From assembly GCA_041687695.1 (NCBI GenBank), contig JAWLBL010000001.1, positions 49,610-113,609 on the forward strand: a DNA stretch of 64,000 nt, given 5' to 3'. The notes beneath the pieces are model-generated. The model was given only the letters and a program-made list of their open reading frames with translations, did not search any database and was not told the DNA's origin. Below are positions 38,201-47,163 of this stretch, in pieces. Every line of letters begins with the position of its first letter. The first letter of the stretch is position 1. Source of the stretch: Myxococcota bacterium (GTDB taxonomy: Bacteria > Myxococcota_A > UBA9042 > PHBI01 > JAWLBL01). A program made the position numbers and the translations under genes.

Positions 38201-41022
38201 TCAGCACGCCCGGGCAGGGCTGCTGCCAGACCGACGCCGACTGCGCGGACGGCGACCCCTGCACGGCCGAGACCTGCGACAAGACGACCGGCGCGTGCGT
38301 CGTCGTGCCGGGCCTGGGCTGCTGCGCGTCGGACGCGGCCTGCGACGACGGCGACCCGTGCACGGCCGACGTGTGCGACGCGGTCAGCGGCCAGTGCGAG
38401 CACACGCCGAGCGGGGCCTGCTGCACCGTCAACGCCGACTGCGACGACGGCAACCCCTGCACGCAGGACGCCTGCGGGCCGGCCGGCGCGTGCCGCAACG
38501 ACGCCATCGCGGGCTGCTGCGCCACGGCGGCCGACTGCGACGACGGCAACGCCTGCACGACCGACGTGTGCGACGGCGGCGTGTGCCAGCATCAGGTCGA
38601 CGTCTTCTGCTGCAAGACCGACGCCCAGTGCGACGACGGCAACCCGTGCACCATGGACGTGTGCCTGACGTTCCAGCAGTTCGGCGTGTGCCAGCACCAG
38701 CCCACGCCGGGCCCGGGCTGCTGCGCGAACGACGGCCAGTGCCAGGCGCCGTGCCAGGTGGGCCAGTGCCAGCAGTTCCAGTGCGTGTTCCAGCCGGACC
38801 CGTCGTGCTGCACGACCGACGCGCAGTGCGAAGAGGGCGACCCGTGCACCAAGGACCAGTGCGTCGGCGGCGCCTGCGTCCACACCGCCGACCCGGGCTG
38901 CTGCGGCGCCAGCGGCCAGTGCGACGACGGCGACCCGTGCACGGTCGACGTCTGCGGCCCGGGCGGGACGTGCCAGCACGCGCCCGTGCCCGGCTGCTGC
39001 CAGAGCAGCGCCGACTGCAACGACGGCGACGCCTGCACGGCGGACGGCTGCGACGTGGCCATTGGCACCTGCGTCAGCAAACCCATCCCGGGCTGCTGCA
39101 GCTCGGCCGCCCAGTGCGACGACGGCAAGGTCTGCACCCAGGACGCCTGCGTGAACGGCAAGTGCGTGGCGACGCCCGTCCCGGGCTGCTGCACGGGCAA
39201 CGCGGACTGCGACGACGGCCAGGCGTGCACCAGCGACGTCTGCGACGTCCTGTCGGGCAAGTGCGTGCACGCGGCCGAGCCCGGCTGCTGCTCGGCCGAC
39301 GACGACTGCGAGGACGGCGACCCCTGCACGGCCAACGCCTGCGACGCCGCCACGGGCCAGTGCGTCAGCAAGCCGGCCCCCGGCTGCTGCACGTCCAACG
39401 CCCAGTGCGACGACGGCAACGCCTGCACTTCCGACGCCTGCGACCCCAAGACCGGCCAGTGCGTGCACACGCCCGGCCCGGACTGCTGCACCGCCAGCAC
39501 CCAGTGCGCCGACGCCGACCCCTGCACGCTCGACGCCTGCGACCCCAAGACCGGCCAGTGCTCCCACCAGCCGATCGAAGGCTGCTGCACACAGCTCGAC
39601 GGGGCCCTGTTCACCTTCGACCAGCCGAACGCGCTGCAGGGCTGGACCATCTCGCCCGCCCAGTCGCCCACGGCGGTGACCTGGTGGCTCAGCAACAAGC
39701 GCGCCGTGTCGCTGCCGAACGCGCTGTACATGGGCAACCCGACCACCGGCAACTACGCGAAGTCGGGTCAGGCCCCCAAGGCGACCGTCCGCACGCCGGT
39801 CATCGACGTGCCGGACCGCCCGTTCGTCTCGCTGACCTTCCGGGTGTGGCTCGACGTCGAGGCCATCGCCAACTACGACCGGCTGACGGTCCAGGTCGTC
39901 CCCGCCGACGGCGGCGCGCCGACGACGGTCTGGAGCAAGTCCTCCATCGCCTCCAACCAATACGAGACCTGGGCCAGCACCCAGGCGAACCTGACGCCCT
40001 GGGCCGGCCAGCAGGTGCGCCTCGAGCTGGCCTTCGACGCGGTGGACACCGTCATGAACGGCACCGAGGGCATCTACGTCGACAACCTGCGCGTGCGCGG
40101 CTTCTGCCAGGACCCGGGCTTCTGCCAGACCGCGGCCGACTGCAGCGACGGCGACGCCTGCACGGCCGACGCTTGCGTGGGCAACGTCTGCCAGCACGAG
40201 CCGCAGCCCGGCTGCTGCCAGGGCGACGACGACTGCGACGACGCCAACCCGTGCACGGCCGACGTCTGCCAGGGCGGCGCCTGCGCGTTCACGCCGACGC
40301 CGGGCTGCTGCATGGCCGACCTCGAGTGCGACGACGGCAACCCGTGCACGGCCGACAGCTGCGATCCCGACCAGCTCGTGTGCGTCCACTCGCCCGGCCC
40401 GGACTGCTGCCAGGGCGACGACGCCTGCGACGACGGGGACCCGTGCACCGTCGACACCTGCGCGGACGGCGCCTGCGTCCACGCCCCCAGCGACGACGCC
40501 AACTGCTGCGTGGGCCAGACCTGGTTCAGCGCCGACTTCTCGAACGGCACGCTGCAGGGCTTCACGGTGGTCGGCAACGGCTCGGCCGCCAAGTGGCAGC
40601 CGACCCAGAAGCGCTGGTGGTCGCCGCCCTTCGGCCTGTACTACGGCGTGCTGGCCAACACCAACTACGACACCGGCGCGCGCAACTTCGGCACCGCGAC
40701 CTCGCCGGCCATCGCCATCCCGGCGACCGCTCAGTCACCGACCCTGTCCTTCCGGCTGTGGCTGGGCATCGAGACCGTGCCGTTCCGCGACCGCTTCGGC
40801 GTGCGCACCGTCATCGACGGGACGCTGCTGAACGTGTGGAGCAAGCAGCAGCTCGGCGCGTCGAGCTACAAGTCCTGGGTGACCGTCACGGTCCCGCTGC
40901 CGTCGTCGGCGGCGGGCAGCACCGTGAACGTGCAGTTCGTCTTCGACACCATCAACGGGACGAACAACAGCGGCGAGGGAATCTACGTCGACGACGTGAA
41001 GGTCTTCGACGACTGCCCCTGA
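35275..41022 (+). CDS. giant Cys-repeat lipoprotein (Dictyostelium CTDC-like repeats plus four MAM/adhesin-like domains)
   Basis: Start moved to ATG 35275. Lipobox PLGC; about 35 (hand count) CC-x5-C-x-DGDPCT-x-D-x-C units; four beta domains ending in G-x-(Y/F/A)-x-D-(D/N). Confidence 0.88.
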   Translation: MRHRAARRLLLLTLVAATPLGCVDSEVAGVLADLDPADADADVPLPDVPEPDGAQDGEVTDAADADADVPPECRTDAQCAGLAPPPDDPCAVAVCNVDAGRCEWVPRPDCCVTDADCPQVDGACSTFVCSHPGGQCVPVDTCSPCDSDLECQKQAPPCHAGLCQPDGCLFQPLPEGSCCAVDGQCSDGDPCTTDLCLQGVCSFLPTGGDLCCATPPLLDTSFTEAPPMTTTSSSQTVKWHVSVGAPTPSPPAVLALTDPETLLLGPAGQPLQATAEIPLGFVAAGSKVRVRFQLRADLRGGESIDRFGILLRPTASPPITVHRKDEGPLGAWYVVDRELLVPSAGPVTLELRFNSGVPLTGKHAGVFLDDLDVRVGCDAPLECQVAADCPPQPCAAASCVQGKCFHQPIDGCCTGDDQCAVDDPCAIGRCQDGLCVVEPNPLCCDGPGCCQPLVLGEGFDGDLAGWTLDNGHPEVGWHWVDAPDGAAPSPPVVLYYGRPGAFDYQTQGPNSGTAWSPPLSIPADAQAVALSFWVIADVEQGPAFDVLEVLAKPANGGAAAVVWTKPVPMTMGQWSQFEADLSGLAGQVVQLGFRFDTMDGVANDTFGLAIDDVFVTAECGQPQCTSDAQCAGGPPCTQGVCVQGQCQSLPLPGCCKSAQDCADGDPCTLNVCDAATGMCSNPPSKDCCQVNADCNDSDPCTTDFCAMLGGPNGPAGQCVHQPVPGCCATHAQCDDGEPCTADLCVAGKCFSQPTPGCCASGLDCQDGDPCTVDACVNGQCTWQQAPGCCQVGADCNDGDPCTQDLCDQATGGCQHLPVPGCCTGAGDCNDANPCTTDLCDAASGLCTFQPIAGCCQTAADCNDDNKCTTDQCVGGTCQYQLNVNCCKVAADCDDGNPCTTDTCATVGPFGVCQHQGNAGPGCCTTAADCGAGACGQATCQNFQCKVQSVPGCCESNAQCEDGDPCTQDACVGGQCVSTPGQGCCQTDADCADGDPCTAETCDKTTGACVVVPGLGCCASDAACDDGDPCTADVCDAVSGQCEHTPSGACCTVNADCDDGNPCTQDACGPAGACRNDAIAGCCATAADCDDGNACTTDVCDGGVCQHQVDVFCCKTDAQCDDGNPCTMDVCLTFQQFGVCQHQPTPGPGCCANDGQCQAPCQVGQCQQFQCVFQPDPSCCTTDAQCEEGDPCTKDQCVGGACVHTADPGCCGASGQCDDGDPCTVDVCGPGGTCQHAPVPGCCQSSADCNDGDACTADGCDVAIGTCVSKPIPGCCSSAAQCDDGKVCTQDACVNGKCVATPVPGCCTGNADCDDGQACTSDVCDVLSGKCVHAAEPGCCSADDDCEDGDPCTANACDAATGQCVSKPAPGCCTSNAQCDDGNACTSDACDPKTGQCVHTPGPDCCTASTQCADADPCTLDACDPKTGQCSHQPIEGCCTQLDGALFTFDQPNALQGWTISPAQSPTAVTWWLSNKRAVSLPNALYMGNPTTGNYAKSGQAPKATVRTPVIDVPDRPFVSLTFRVWLDVEAIANYDRLTVQVVPADGGAPTTVWSKSSIASNQYETWASTQANLTPWAGQQVRLELAFDAVDTVMNGTEGIYVDNLRVRGFCQDPGFCQTAADCSDGDACTADACVGNVCQHEPQPGCCQGDDDCDDANPCTADVCQGGACAFTPTPGCCMADLECDDGNPCTADSCDPDQLVCVHSPGPDCCQGDDACDDGDPCTVDTCADGACVHAPSDDANCCVGQTWFSADFSNGTLQGFTVVGNGSAAKWQPTQKRWWSPPFGLYYGVLANTNYDTGARNFGTATSPAIAIPATAQSPTLSFRLWLGIETVPFRDRFGVRTVIDGTLLNVWSKQQLGASSYKSWVTVTVPLPSSAAGSTVNVQFVFDTINGTNNSGEGIYVDDVKVFDDCP

Positions 41023-41077
41023 GGCCGGCCGGCCCCCCCGGCGCCCGGTCGGCGCCGGGCGGCCCCCTCGCCCAGCG

Positions 41078-42730
41078 TCAGGCGGGCGCCGACAGCAGCT
41101 GGTCGACGTAGGCGTCGGCCGACACGCGCAGGTCCCGCAGCTCGGTGGCGTCGACCATCTGGACGGCGGCCTCGAGGGCCCGCTCGATGGTGGGCACGTG
41201 GGGCGAGTCGAGCCGCCGGAAGAGCGCCAGCGCGATGAGGAAGGCGCGGGCCGAGCTGGGGAACTGGAACAGCTCCTTTTGCACGAGGCCGATCTGCGCG
41301 GAGGTGTAGGCCATGCCAGCGAAGTCGCGCACGACCTTCTCGTGGTCGAGGGCGCGCTGGTAGGCGGTGAGCGCCTCGGAGTAGCGCTTGCTCTCGAGGT
41401 GCAGGTTGCCCAGCTCGTGCCACCCGGACGCGAGGCCGGAGACGTCGTCGAGGCGCTCCTTGACGGCGAGGCTCCGCTCGAGGGCCACGGCGGCCTCCTC
41501 GCGCTTGCCCTGCAGGCGCAGGACGCGCGCCTTGTGCTGCAGCGTCCGGCAGAAGGCGCGCTCGTCGTGGTTGGCCTCCTCGATCGCGGCGGCCCGCTCG
41601 TACAGGGCGGCGGCCTCCTCGTGCCCCCCGCCCTGCTCGGTGATGATGCCCATGCGGCGGTAGGACATCGCGCGCCGCAGCGCGTCGGCCATGGCCTCGG
41701 CGCGCTCCATGGCGCGTCGGAAGCTCTCGGTCGCGTTGGCCTGGTCGCCGCGCAGGAAGTACAGGTAGCCCAGCATCGCGGCGCAGTCGACGTAGCCGCC
41801 GTCGTCGCCGATCTCGTCGTAGAGCTGCAGCGCGTGGATGTACCACTGCCCGGCCACCGCGAGATCCAGCCGCAGCTCGCCCGCCATGCCCAGCAGGACG
41901 TAACACTCGGCGGCCGCCTTGGCCTCGCCGGCCTGCCGGAACCGCTTGGCCAGCTTGACCAGCTGGTGCCGCGCCTGCTCGACCTCGCGCTTGTAGAGGG
42001 TGACGCGCGCAGCGTCGATGTCCTGCCCACCCTCGGGGTCCAGCGGCAACAGGACGCGCCCCCAACGGCGCCCGGCCAGCGGCGGCGACGTCAAGTAGTA
42101 GTCGGGCGCGGCGCTGCCGTCCGCCGGGGCCGCGCCCACCCACGGCCCCTCGCCGCTCATGGCCGCAGCCACGTCCGCGCCGACGGCGGCGCCCATGCCG
42201 AACATGCCGGCGACGCTGCCCCGCTGCGCCTCGTTCAAGCTGCCGTCGAGGCGCGCCGGCAGGAACTGGCCGGTGTGCGGGCCGCTGGGCCACGCGATCA
42301 TCGCGTCCTTGAGGTCCCAGAAGGCGCGCGCGGGGGTCGAGATCTGGCGGATCTCGTCGAGGGTCAGCAGCAGCGCCAGGAGCGTGGGCCGCTGCGCGTA
42401 GCCGACCGTGTGCCGCGCCAGGAGCTCGAGGAAGTCGGGGACCAGGTTGCCGTCGGAGGCCTTGGGCGCCCCGTAGGCCAGGAAGGCCGGCCCACGCGGG
42501 CCGCCGCGCTGCACCACGAAGCCCAGGAGATCGGTGGGATCGAGCTCGCTCATGGGCAGCGAACGCCACCCGAAGGGCACCCGGACGCGCATGATGGTCT
42601 CGCGGGCCCGGTCGACCACGCTGGGGCTGGCGCAGCGGACGATGACCAGCCCCCGCCGGCCGGCGGCGTAGGCCTCGTACAGCGTCCGCGCGACGGTGTG
42701 CTCGGGCGGCTCGGTGCCTTGCTCCGTCAT
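41078..42730 (-). CDS. TPR-repeat protein with uncharacterised N-terminal domain
   Basis: C-terminal TPRs (GWHELGNLH, YTSAQIGLV, ALTAYQRAL); no signal peptide. Confidence 0.85.
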   Translation of the reverse strand: MTEQGTEPPEHTVARTLYEAYAAGRRGLVIVRCASPSVVDRARETIMRVRVPFGWRSLPMSELDPTDLLGFVVQRGGPRGPAFLAYGAPKASDGNLVPDFLELLARHTVGYAQRPTLLALLLTLDEIRQISTPARAFWDLKDAMIAWPSGPHTGQFLPARLDGSLNEAQRGSVAGMFGMGAAVGADVAAAMSGEGPWVGAAPADGSAAPDYYLTSPPLAGRRWGRVLLPLDPEGGQDIDAARVTLYKREVEQARHQLVKLAKRFRQAGEAKAAAECYVLLGMAGELRLDLAVAGQWYIHALQLYDEIGDDGGYVDCAAMLGYLYFLRGDQANATESFRRAMERAEAMADALRRAMSYRRMGIITEQGGGHEEAAALYERAAAIEEANHDERAFCRTLQHKARVLRLQGKREEAAVALERSLAVKERLDDVSGLASGWHELGNLHLESKRYSEALTAYQRALDHEKVVRDFAGMAYTSAQIGLVQKELFQFPSSARAFLIALALFRRLDSPHVPTIERALEAAVQMVDATELRDLRVSADAYVDQLLSAPA

Positions 42731-42815
42731 GCTCCTCCGGCCTCCGGGGGTCCGGCCACCTCGTCCGGCCCCGGGGCGACGAGCAGCTTCGCAGAAAACG
42801 CGCCCTGACGCGAAC

Positions 42816-44507
42816 TTACCTGTCGCCGGCCCCGGGGCAGCCGATGCGCAGCCACGGCGCGTCGAGGGTCGGCACGCTGGCGTAGCCGCCCGGGCCCGCG
42901 GCGCGGCCGGTCATCAGGCGCACCTGGCCGTCGCGGGCGGCCTCGTCGGCGATCGCCGCCAGGTACTCGGGCGCGTAGAGCTGCTCGAACCGGTAGTCGT
43001 CGCGCAGGACGAAGACGGCGCCCTCGAAGCTGGTCACGGCGACCAGCTCGCAGGGCCAGACCGCGTGCCCGTAGACCGTTCGGCGCAGGGCGGCGATCAC
43101 GCGGTCGCGCTGGCCGTTGTCGGGGTCGAGCAGCGCGTTCAGCTCGTGGAGCACGTCGAACTGGAACAGGAGGCGGACGCGGGCGGCGAGATCGGGGTGG
43201 TCGGGGCGCAGCGACTCGGTCAGCCGCATGTCGTTCGTGTAGATGACGGAGGCGGCCTGGGCGCGCGGGTCCTCGGCGAGCCAGCGCGCGAGGTGGGGGA
43301 GGCCGGGGCTCGGCAGGGCGTGGCGGAGGCGGTTCATGGCCGGGCCGGCGAAGAGCACGGCCAGGCCGAGGGCGGCGGTGGCGGACAGAGCCCAGGGGGC
43401 GCGCGCCGGGGCGCGGCGGGCGACGAGGGCGACGGCGGCGGGCAGGAGCAGCGTGAGGGCGGCGAGGCGGGGCTCGAGGCTGTCGGCGAGGGCGGCGACG
43501 AGGGCGGCGGCGGCGAGCAGCGCCAGGATGAGGGGCCAGACGCGGCGGGTGGGCGGGTCGGCGGCGACGCGAGCGGCGGCGAGGGCGACGAAGGGCAGGA
43601 AGGCCATCGCGTAGCGGGGGTTGTGCTCGAAGTTGAGCACGGCGAAGAAGGGGATGACGACCATCGCGGTGAAGCTGAGGGCCAGGGTGGCGAGGAAGGT
43701 GCGCTCGAGCGGGCCCAGGGGGCGCCAGCGGACCAGCAGCGGGACCAGCCAGGCCGGCGTGACCTGGAGCAGCATCACGGGCAGCTCGGCGAGGTAGCCG
43801 GGGTCGGGGCGGACGTGGTCGAAGAAGCGGCCGCCCGGGGTCGGCGTGGTGAGGGTCGGCGGGTGGTGGAGCCACCAGAGCGGGTCGCCGTGGAAGGCGG
43901 CGCCGGCGAGCAGGAAGGCCGCCGGGAAGGTGGCGAGGCCCCAGAAGAGGCGGCGGTCGCCGCGGCGGAGGAGGCCATAGGCGGTCATGACGAGGGCGAA
44001 GGGGAGCAGCTCGTAGCGAACCCAGGGGGTCGCGCCCAGGACCAGGCCGGCGGCGTAGCGGCGCTGGTGGACGACCAGCAGCCACAGGGACAGGGACAGG
44101 GTGAACAGGCCGTCGGTGTTGGACTGGCCGGTCAGCGCGGCGGTGACGAAGCTGGGTGAGGTGGCGAGGACGAGGGCCGCCACCGGGCCCGAGCCGCCGA
44201 GGCGGGCGGCGACGCGCCCGAGGAGCAGGACGGCGAGGCCGGCCAGCAGGACGTGCCAGACGAGGAAGGCCTGCCAGCCGAGGGCCGCGACCGGCAGGTT
44301 CAGCAGCGTGCCGACCGGGCGGAACTTCTGGGCGAGCAGGACGTCGAGCGGCTGGTCCAGGGCGGCCGTCGCGGCGGCCATGGTCAGCATGCCCTCGTCG
44401 TCGACGAAGCGCAGCGTGGACACCAGCGTGACGCCGACGGCCACGAAGGCCAGGGCCACCCAGGCGGCGCCATCGAGCCTGGGCGACCGCCGTCCCGGAG
44501 CGGACAC
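42816..44507 (-). CDS. multi-pass GT-C-like (ArnT/PMT-type) membrane protein
   Basis: First TM followed by DDEG, many TM helices, SNTD, VRYE, NPRY, soluble C-terminal domain. Start uncertain (GTG 44507 chosen). Confidence 0.6.
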   Translation of the reverse strand: MSAPGRRSPRLDGAAWVALAFVAVGVTLVSTLRFVDDEGMLTMAAATAALDQPLDVLLAQKFRPVGTLLNLPVAALGWQAFLVWHVLLAGLAVLLLGRVAARLGGSGPVAALVLATSPSFVTAALTGQSNTDGLFTLSLSLWLLVVHQRRYAAGLVLGATPWVRYELLPFALVMTAYGLLRRGDRRLFWGLATFPAAFLLAGAAFHGDPLWWLHHPPTLTTPTPGGRFFDHVRPDPGYLAELPVMLLQVTPAWLVPLLVRWRPLGPLERTFLATLALSFTAMVVIPFFAVLNFEHNPRYAMAFLPFVALAAARVAADPPTRRVWPLILALLAAAALVAALADSLEPRLAALTLLLPAAVALVARRAPARAPWALSATAALGLAVLFAGPAMNRLRHALPSPGLPHLARWLAEDPRAQAASVIYTNDMRLTESLRPDHPDLAARVRLLFQFDVLHELNALLDPDNGQRDRVIAALRRTVYGHAVWPCELVAVTSFEGAVFVLRDDYRFEQLYAPEYLAAIADEAARDGQVRLMTGRAAGPGGYASVPTLDAPWLRIGCPGAGDR

Positions 44508-44718
44508 GTGGCGGGGCGCCTCGACGAGCTCGCTCGCGCTCGATGGTTGTGAGCCTGCCCTGCGCACTCGGTCGCCCCCTCCGCCCGGCGCACGGTAGGG
44601 GATCGCTCGGCCGGCGAGCAAGAGACGGGAGGACCGTCGCGTCGACGCCGACGGCGGTCACAGAGCGAGCCCGGCCTCGGTTTGACCGCCGTTCGACGGG
44701 CGCAGTACGGTGCCCGTC

Positions 44719-45624
44719 ATGCCAGCCATCGTCGAAGCCGCGACCGCGCCCCGGCCGCTCATCGATCTCGAGCGGCGCCGCGCCGCCCTCCCCGCCGCCC
44801 GCGAGGCCTTCGGCGCGAGCTCCGTCCCGCACCTGGTCGTCGACGGCCTCCTGGACCTCGACGCCGCCGCCGCGCACGGCCTCGACGACGCCGTCGCCGC
44901 CCTCAGGGACTCGGACGCGCTGACCACCTTCAGCTACTTCAACACCCGCAGCCGCTCGACCACCGGCCCCGACCGCTTGCCCACGCCGGTCGCGCGCCTC
45001 ATCGACGAGCTGCACTCCGACGCGTTCCTCGCCTGGCTGTCCGAGGTCACCGGCGTCCCCGGGCTGGTCCCCGATCGCGCCCTGATCAACGGCGGCGTCC
45101 ACTTCATGGGCCCGGGCTGCTTCCTCAACCTCCACGAGGACGAGCACGTCCACCCCACCGAGCGCCGCTGGCGCCGCCGCCTCAACCTCATCGTCTACCT
45201 CGACCCCGGCTGGGACGCCGCCTGGGGCGGTCACCTCGAGCTCTGGGACCCCCGCGCCCGCGCCCAGGTCGCGCGCATCGCCCCGCTGTACAACCGCTGC
45301 GTGTTCACCCTCATCGACGCCAACTGGCACGGCGTCCCCGAGCCCATCCGCTGCCCACAGGGCCGCGCCCGCACGTCCCTGACCCTGTGGTACTACACGG
45401 TCGAGCCGGCCCCGGTCCGCTTCCGCCCGGCCCGCTTCATCGCGCGCCCGACCGACTCGCGCGCCGTCCGCGCCGCCATCGCGCTCGAGAGCCGCCTGTT
45501 CGGCCTGTTCCATCTGGCCAAGCGGCACGCAGGGGTCCCCAACCAGGTCGCGCTCGGCCTGATGCGGCGCCTGCGCTACGACCGCGTCGCGCGGCGGCCG
45601 GAGGCGCCCCGCCGATGCGACTAG
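44719..45624 (+). CDS. 2OG-Fe(II) oxygenase
   Basis: GGVHFM, HxD in LNLHED, LNLIVYL, WGGHLELW, WHGVP, RTSL. GTG 44710 is an alternative start. Confidence 0.88.
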   Translation: MPAIVEAATAPRPLIDLERRRAALPAAREAFGASSVPHLVVDGLLDLDAAAAHGLDDAVAALRDSDALTTFSYFNTRSRSTTGPDRLPTPVARLIDELHSDAFLAWLSEVTGVPGLVPDRALINGGVHFMGPGCFLNLHEDEHVHPTERRWRRRLNLIVYLDPGWDAAWGGHLELWDPRARAQVARIAPLYNRCVFTLIDANWHGVPEPIRCPQGRARTSLTLWYYTVEPAPVRFRPARFIARPTDSRAVRAAIALESRLFGLFHLAKRHAGVPNQVALGLMRRLRYDRVARRPEAPRRCD

Positions 45625-47138
45625 CCCTCATCCGGACCTATCAGCCGCTGCCCGTCGCGGACGCCGAGGACATCGCGCACCCGCTGGGCATCATGGCGCT
45701 CGACGCGTGGCTGCGCCCGCGCGGGTTCACGGACATCGAGCTCGCGGACATGCGGCTGCGCAAGGAGACGCCGGCGCAGGTGATGGACCGGGTGATGGCG
45801 CGGCGGCCGCGGGTGGTCGGGCTGTCGGCGCTGACCATCGAGAAGGAGGCCGTGCACGCGGTGGCGGCCGAGGCGCGGCGCCGCGACCCCGGGGTCATCG
45901 TCGTGGTCGGCGGGCCGTACGCCACCAGCTCGTCGGCGACCATCCTCGCGGACCCGAACGTCGACTACGCCGTCATCGGCGAGGGCGAGCTGACCTTCGA
46001 GGCGCTGCTGCGGGCGCTCGAGGACGGCGCCGACCCCGCGCAGGTCCACGGGCTCGCGCTGCGCCGCGGGGGCCGGGTCGTGCACACCCCGGCGCGGCCG
46101 GGCATCGCGGATCTCGACGACCTGCCCATCCCCAGCTGGGACCGCATCGACATGGCGGCCTACGAGCGGGTCTACCGCCCCGAGCGCATGACCGGCCTGC
46201 CGTGGGCGGCCTTCTACACGTCGCGCGGCTGCCCCTTCAAGTGCACCTACTGCCACGACGTGTTCGGCAAGAAGTTCCGCGCCCGCTCGCCCGCGCGGGT
46301 CATCGAGGAGATGGCGCTGCTGCACGATCGCTACGGCGTGCGCGAGTTCCTGTTCTACGACGACATCTTCAACTTCAAGCGCGACCGGGTCGTCGAGATC
46401 GGGCGCCTCATCGAGGAGCGCGGCTGGAAGGTCTACCTGCAGTTCCCCAACGGCGTCCGGGCCGACCTGATGACGCCGGAGGTCCTGCACGCGATGCGCG
46501 CCGCGGGGACCTACCGCGTGGCCTACGCGGTCGAGAGCGGCTCCAAGCGCATCCAGCACGTCATGAAGAAGCGCCTCAACCTGGACAAGGCGTCCGCCAC
46601 GATGGCCGAGACGGACCGCCTCGGCATCCTGATGCACGGCTTCTTCATGCTCGGCTTCCCGGGCGAGACCCGCGCCGAGATCCTCGAGACCATCGAGTAC
46701 GCGCTGCGCTCGCCGCTGCACACGGCGGCCTTCTTCCTGGTCACGCCCTTCGAGGGCTCCCCGCTGAGCGAGGAGTACCTGGCCCCGGCCGCCGAGCTCC
46801 ACGGCGCGGACTTCAGCTTCTACGACAACCCGCACCAGCTCTCCGAGGTGCCGCCGCGCGAGCTCAAGAACCTGCAGCGCCAGGCCTACCTGCGCTTCTA
46901 TCTGGACCCGCGCCGCATGGCGCGCCTGCTGCGCCTGATGCCGCGCAAGCAGATGATGGTGCGCTACGCCGCGATGTTCGCGCGCATCGTCGGCGGCGGC
47001 CTGCCCTGGCGCGGCGGCGACCAGCGGTCCTTTTCGCCGTGGCGGCCGCCGGTCGGCCCCGACGGACGCCCGCTGCCCCTGCCCGACTCACGCACCCTGC
47101 GCCCGGCGCCCGCCGCGGCCCAACCGCGCTCGGCCTGA
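45615..47138 (+). CDS. cobalamin-dependent radical SAM enzyme (paralog 1)
   Basis: Start moved to ATG 45615. HPLGIMAL, VVGGPYAT, GEGE, TSRGCPFKCTYC, FYDDIF, GFPGET. Confidence 0.93.
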   Translation: MRLALIRTYQPLPVADAEDIAHPLGIMALDAWLRPRGFTDIELADMRLRKETPAQVMDRVMARRPRVVGLSALTIEKEAVHAVAAEARRRDPGVIVVVGGPYATSSSATILADPNVDYAVIGEGELTFEALLRALEDGADPAQVHGLALRRGGRVVHTPARPGIADLDDLPIPSWDRIDMAAYERVYRPERMTGLPWAAFYTSRGCPFKCTYCHDVFGKKFRARSPARVIEEMALLHDRYGVREFLFYDDIFNFKRDRVVEIGRLIEERGWKVYLQFPNGVRADLMTPEVLHAMRAAGTYRVAYAVESGSKRIQHVMKKRLNLDKASATMAETDRLGILMHGFFMLGFPGETRAEILETIEYALRSPLHTAAFFLVTPFEGSPLSEEYLAPAAELHGADFSFYDNPHQLSEVPPRELKNLQRQAYLRFYLDPRRMARLLRLMPRKQMMVRYAAMFARIVGGGLPWRGGDQRSFSPWRPPVGPDGRPLPLPDSRTLRPAPAAAQPRSA

Positions 47139-47163
47139 GCGCGGCCCCGGAGGTCCCGTCGCC

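Noticed and set aside
34021..40482. 2153-aa - strand ORF and 1480-aa + strand alternative frame (36669-41111)
   Set aside because: Shadows of the Cys-repeat gene and the M20 peptidase, with Ala/Arg/Gly/Val-rich composition typical of off-frame GC-rich DNA.
44682..47138. 818-aa ORF suggesting an oxygenase-rSAM fusion
   Set aside because: The N-terminal part is an off-frame reading of the oxygenase gene; the rSAM starts at ATG 45615, matching the paralog's N-terminus.
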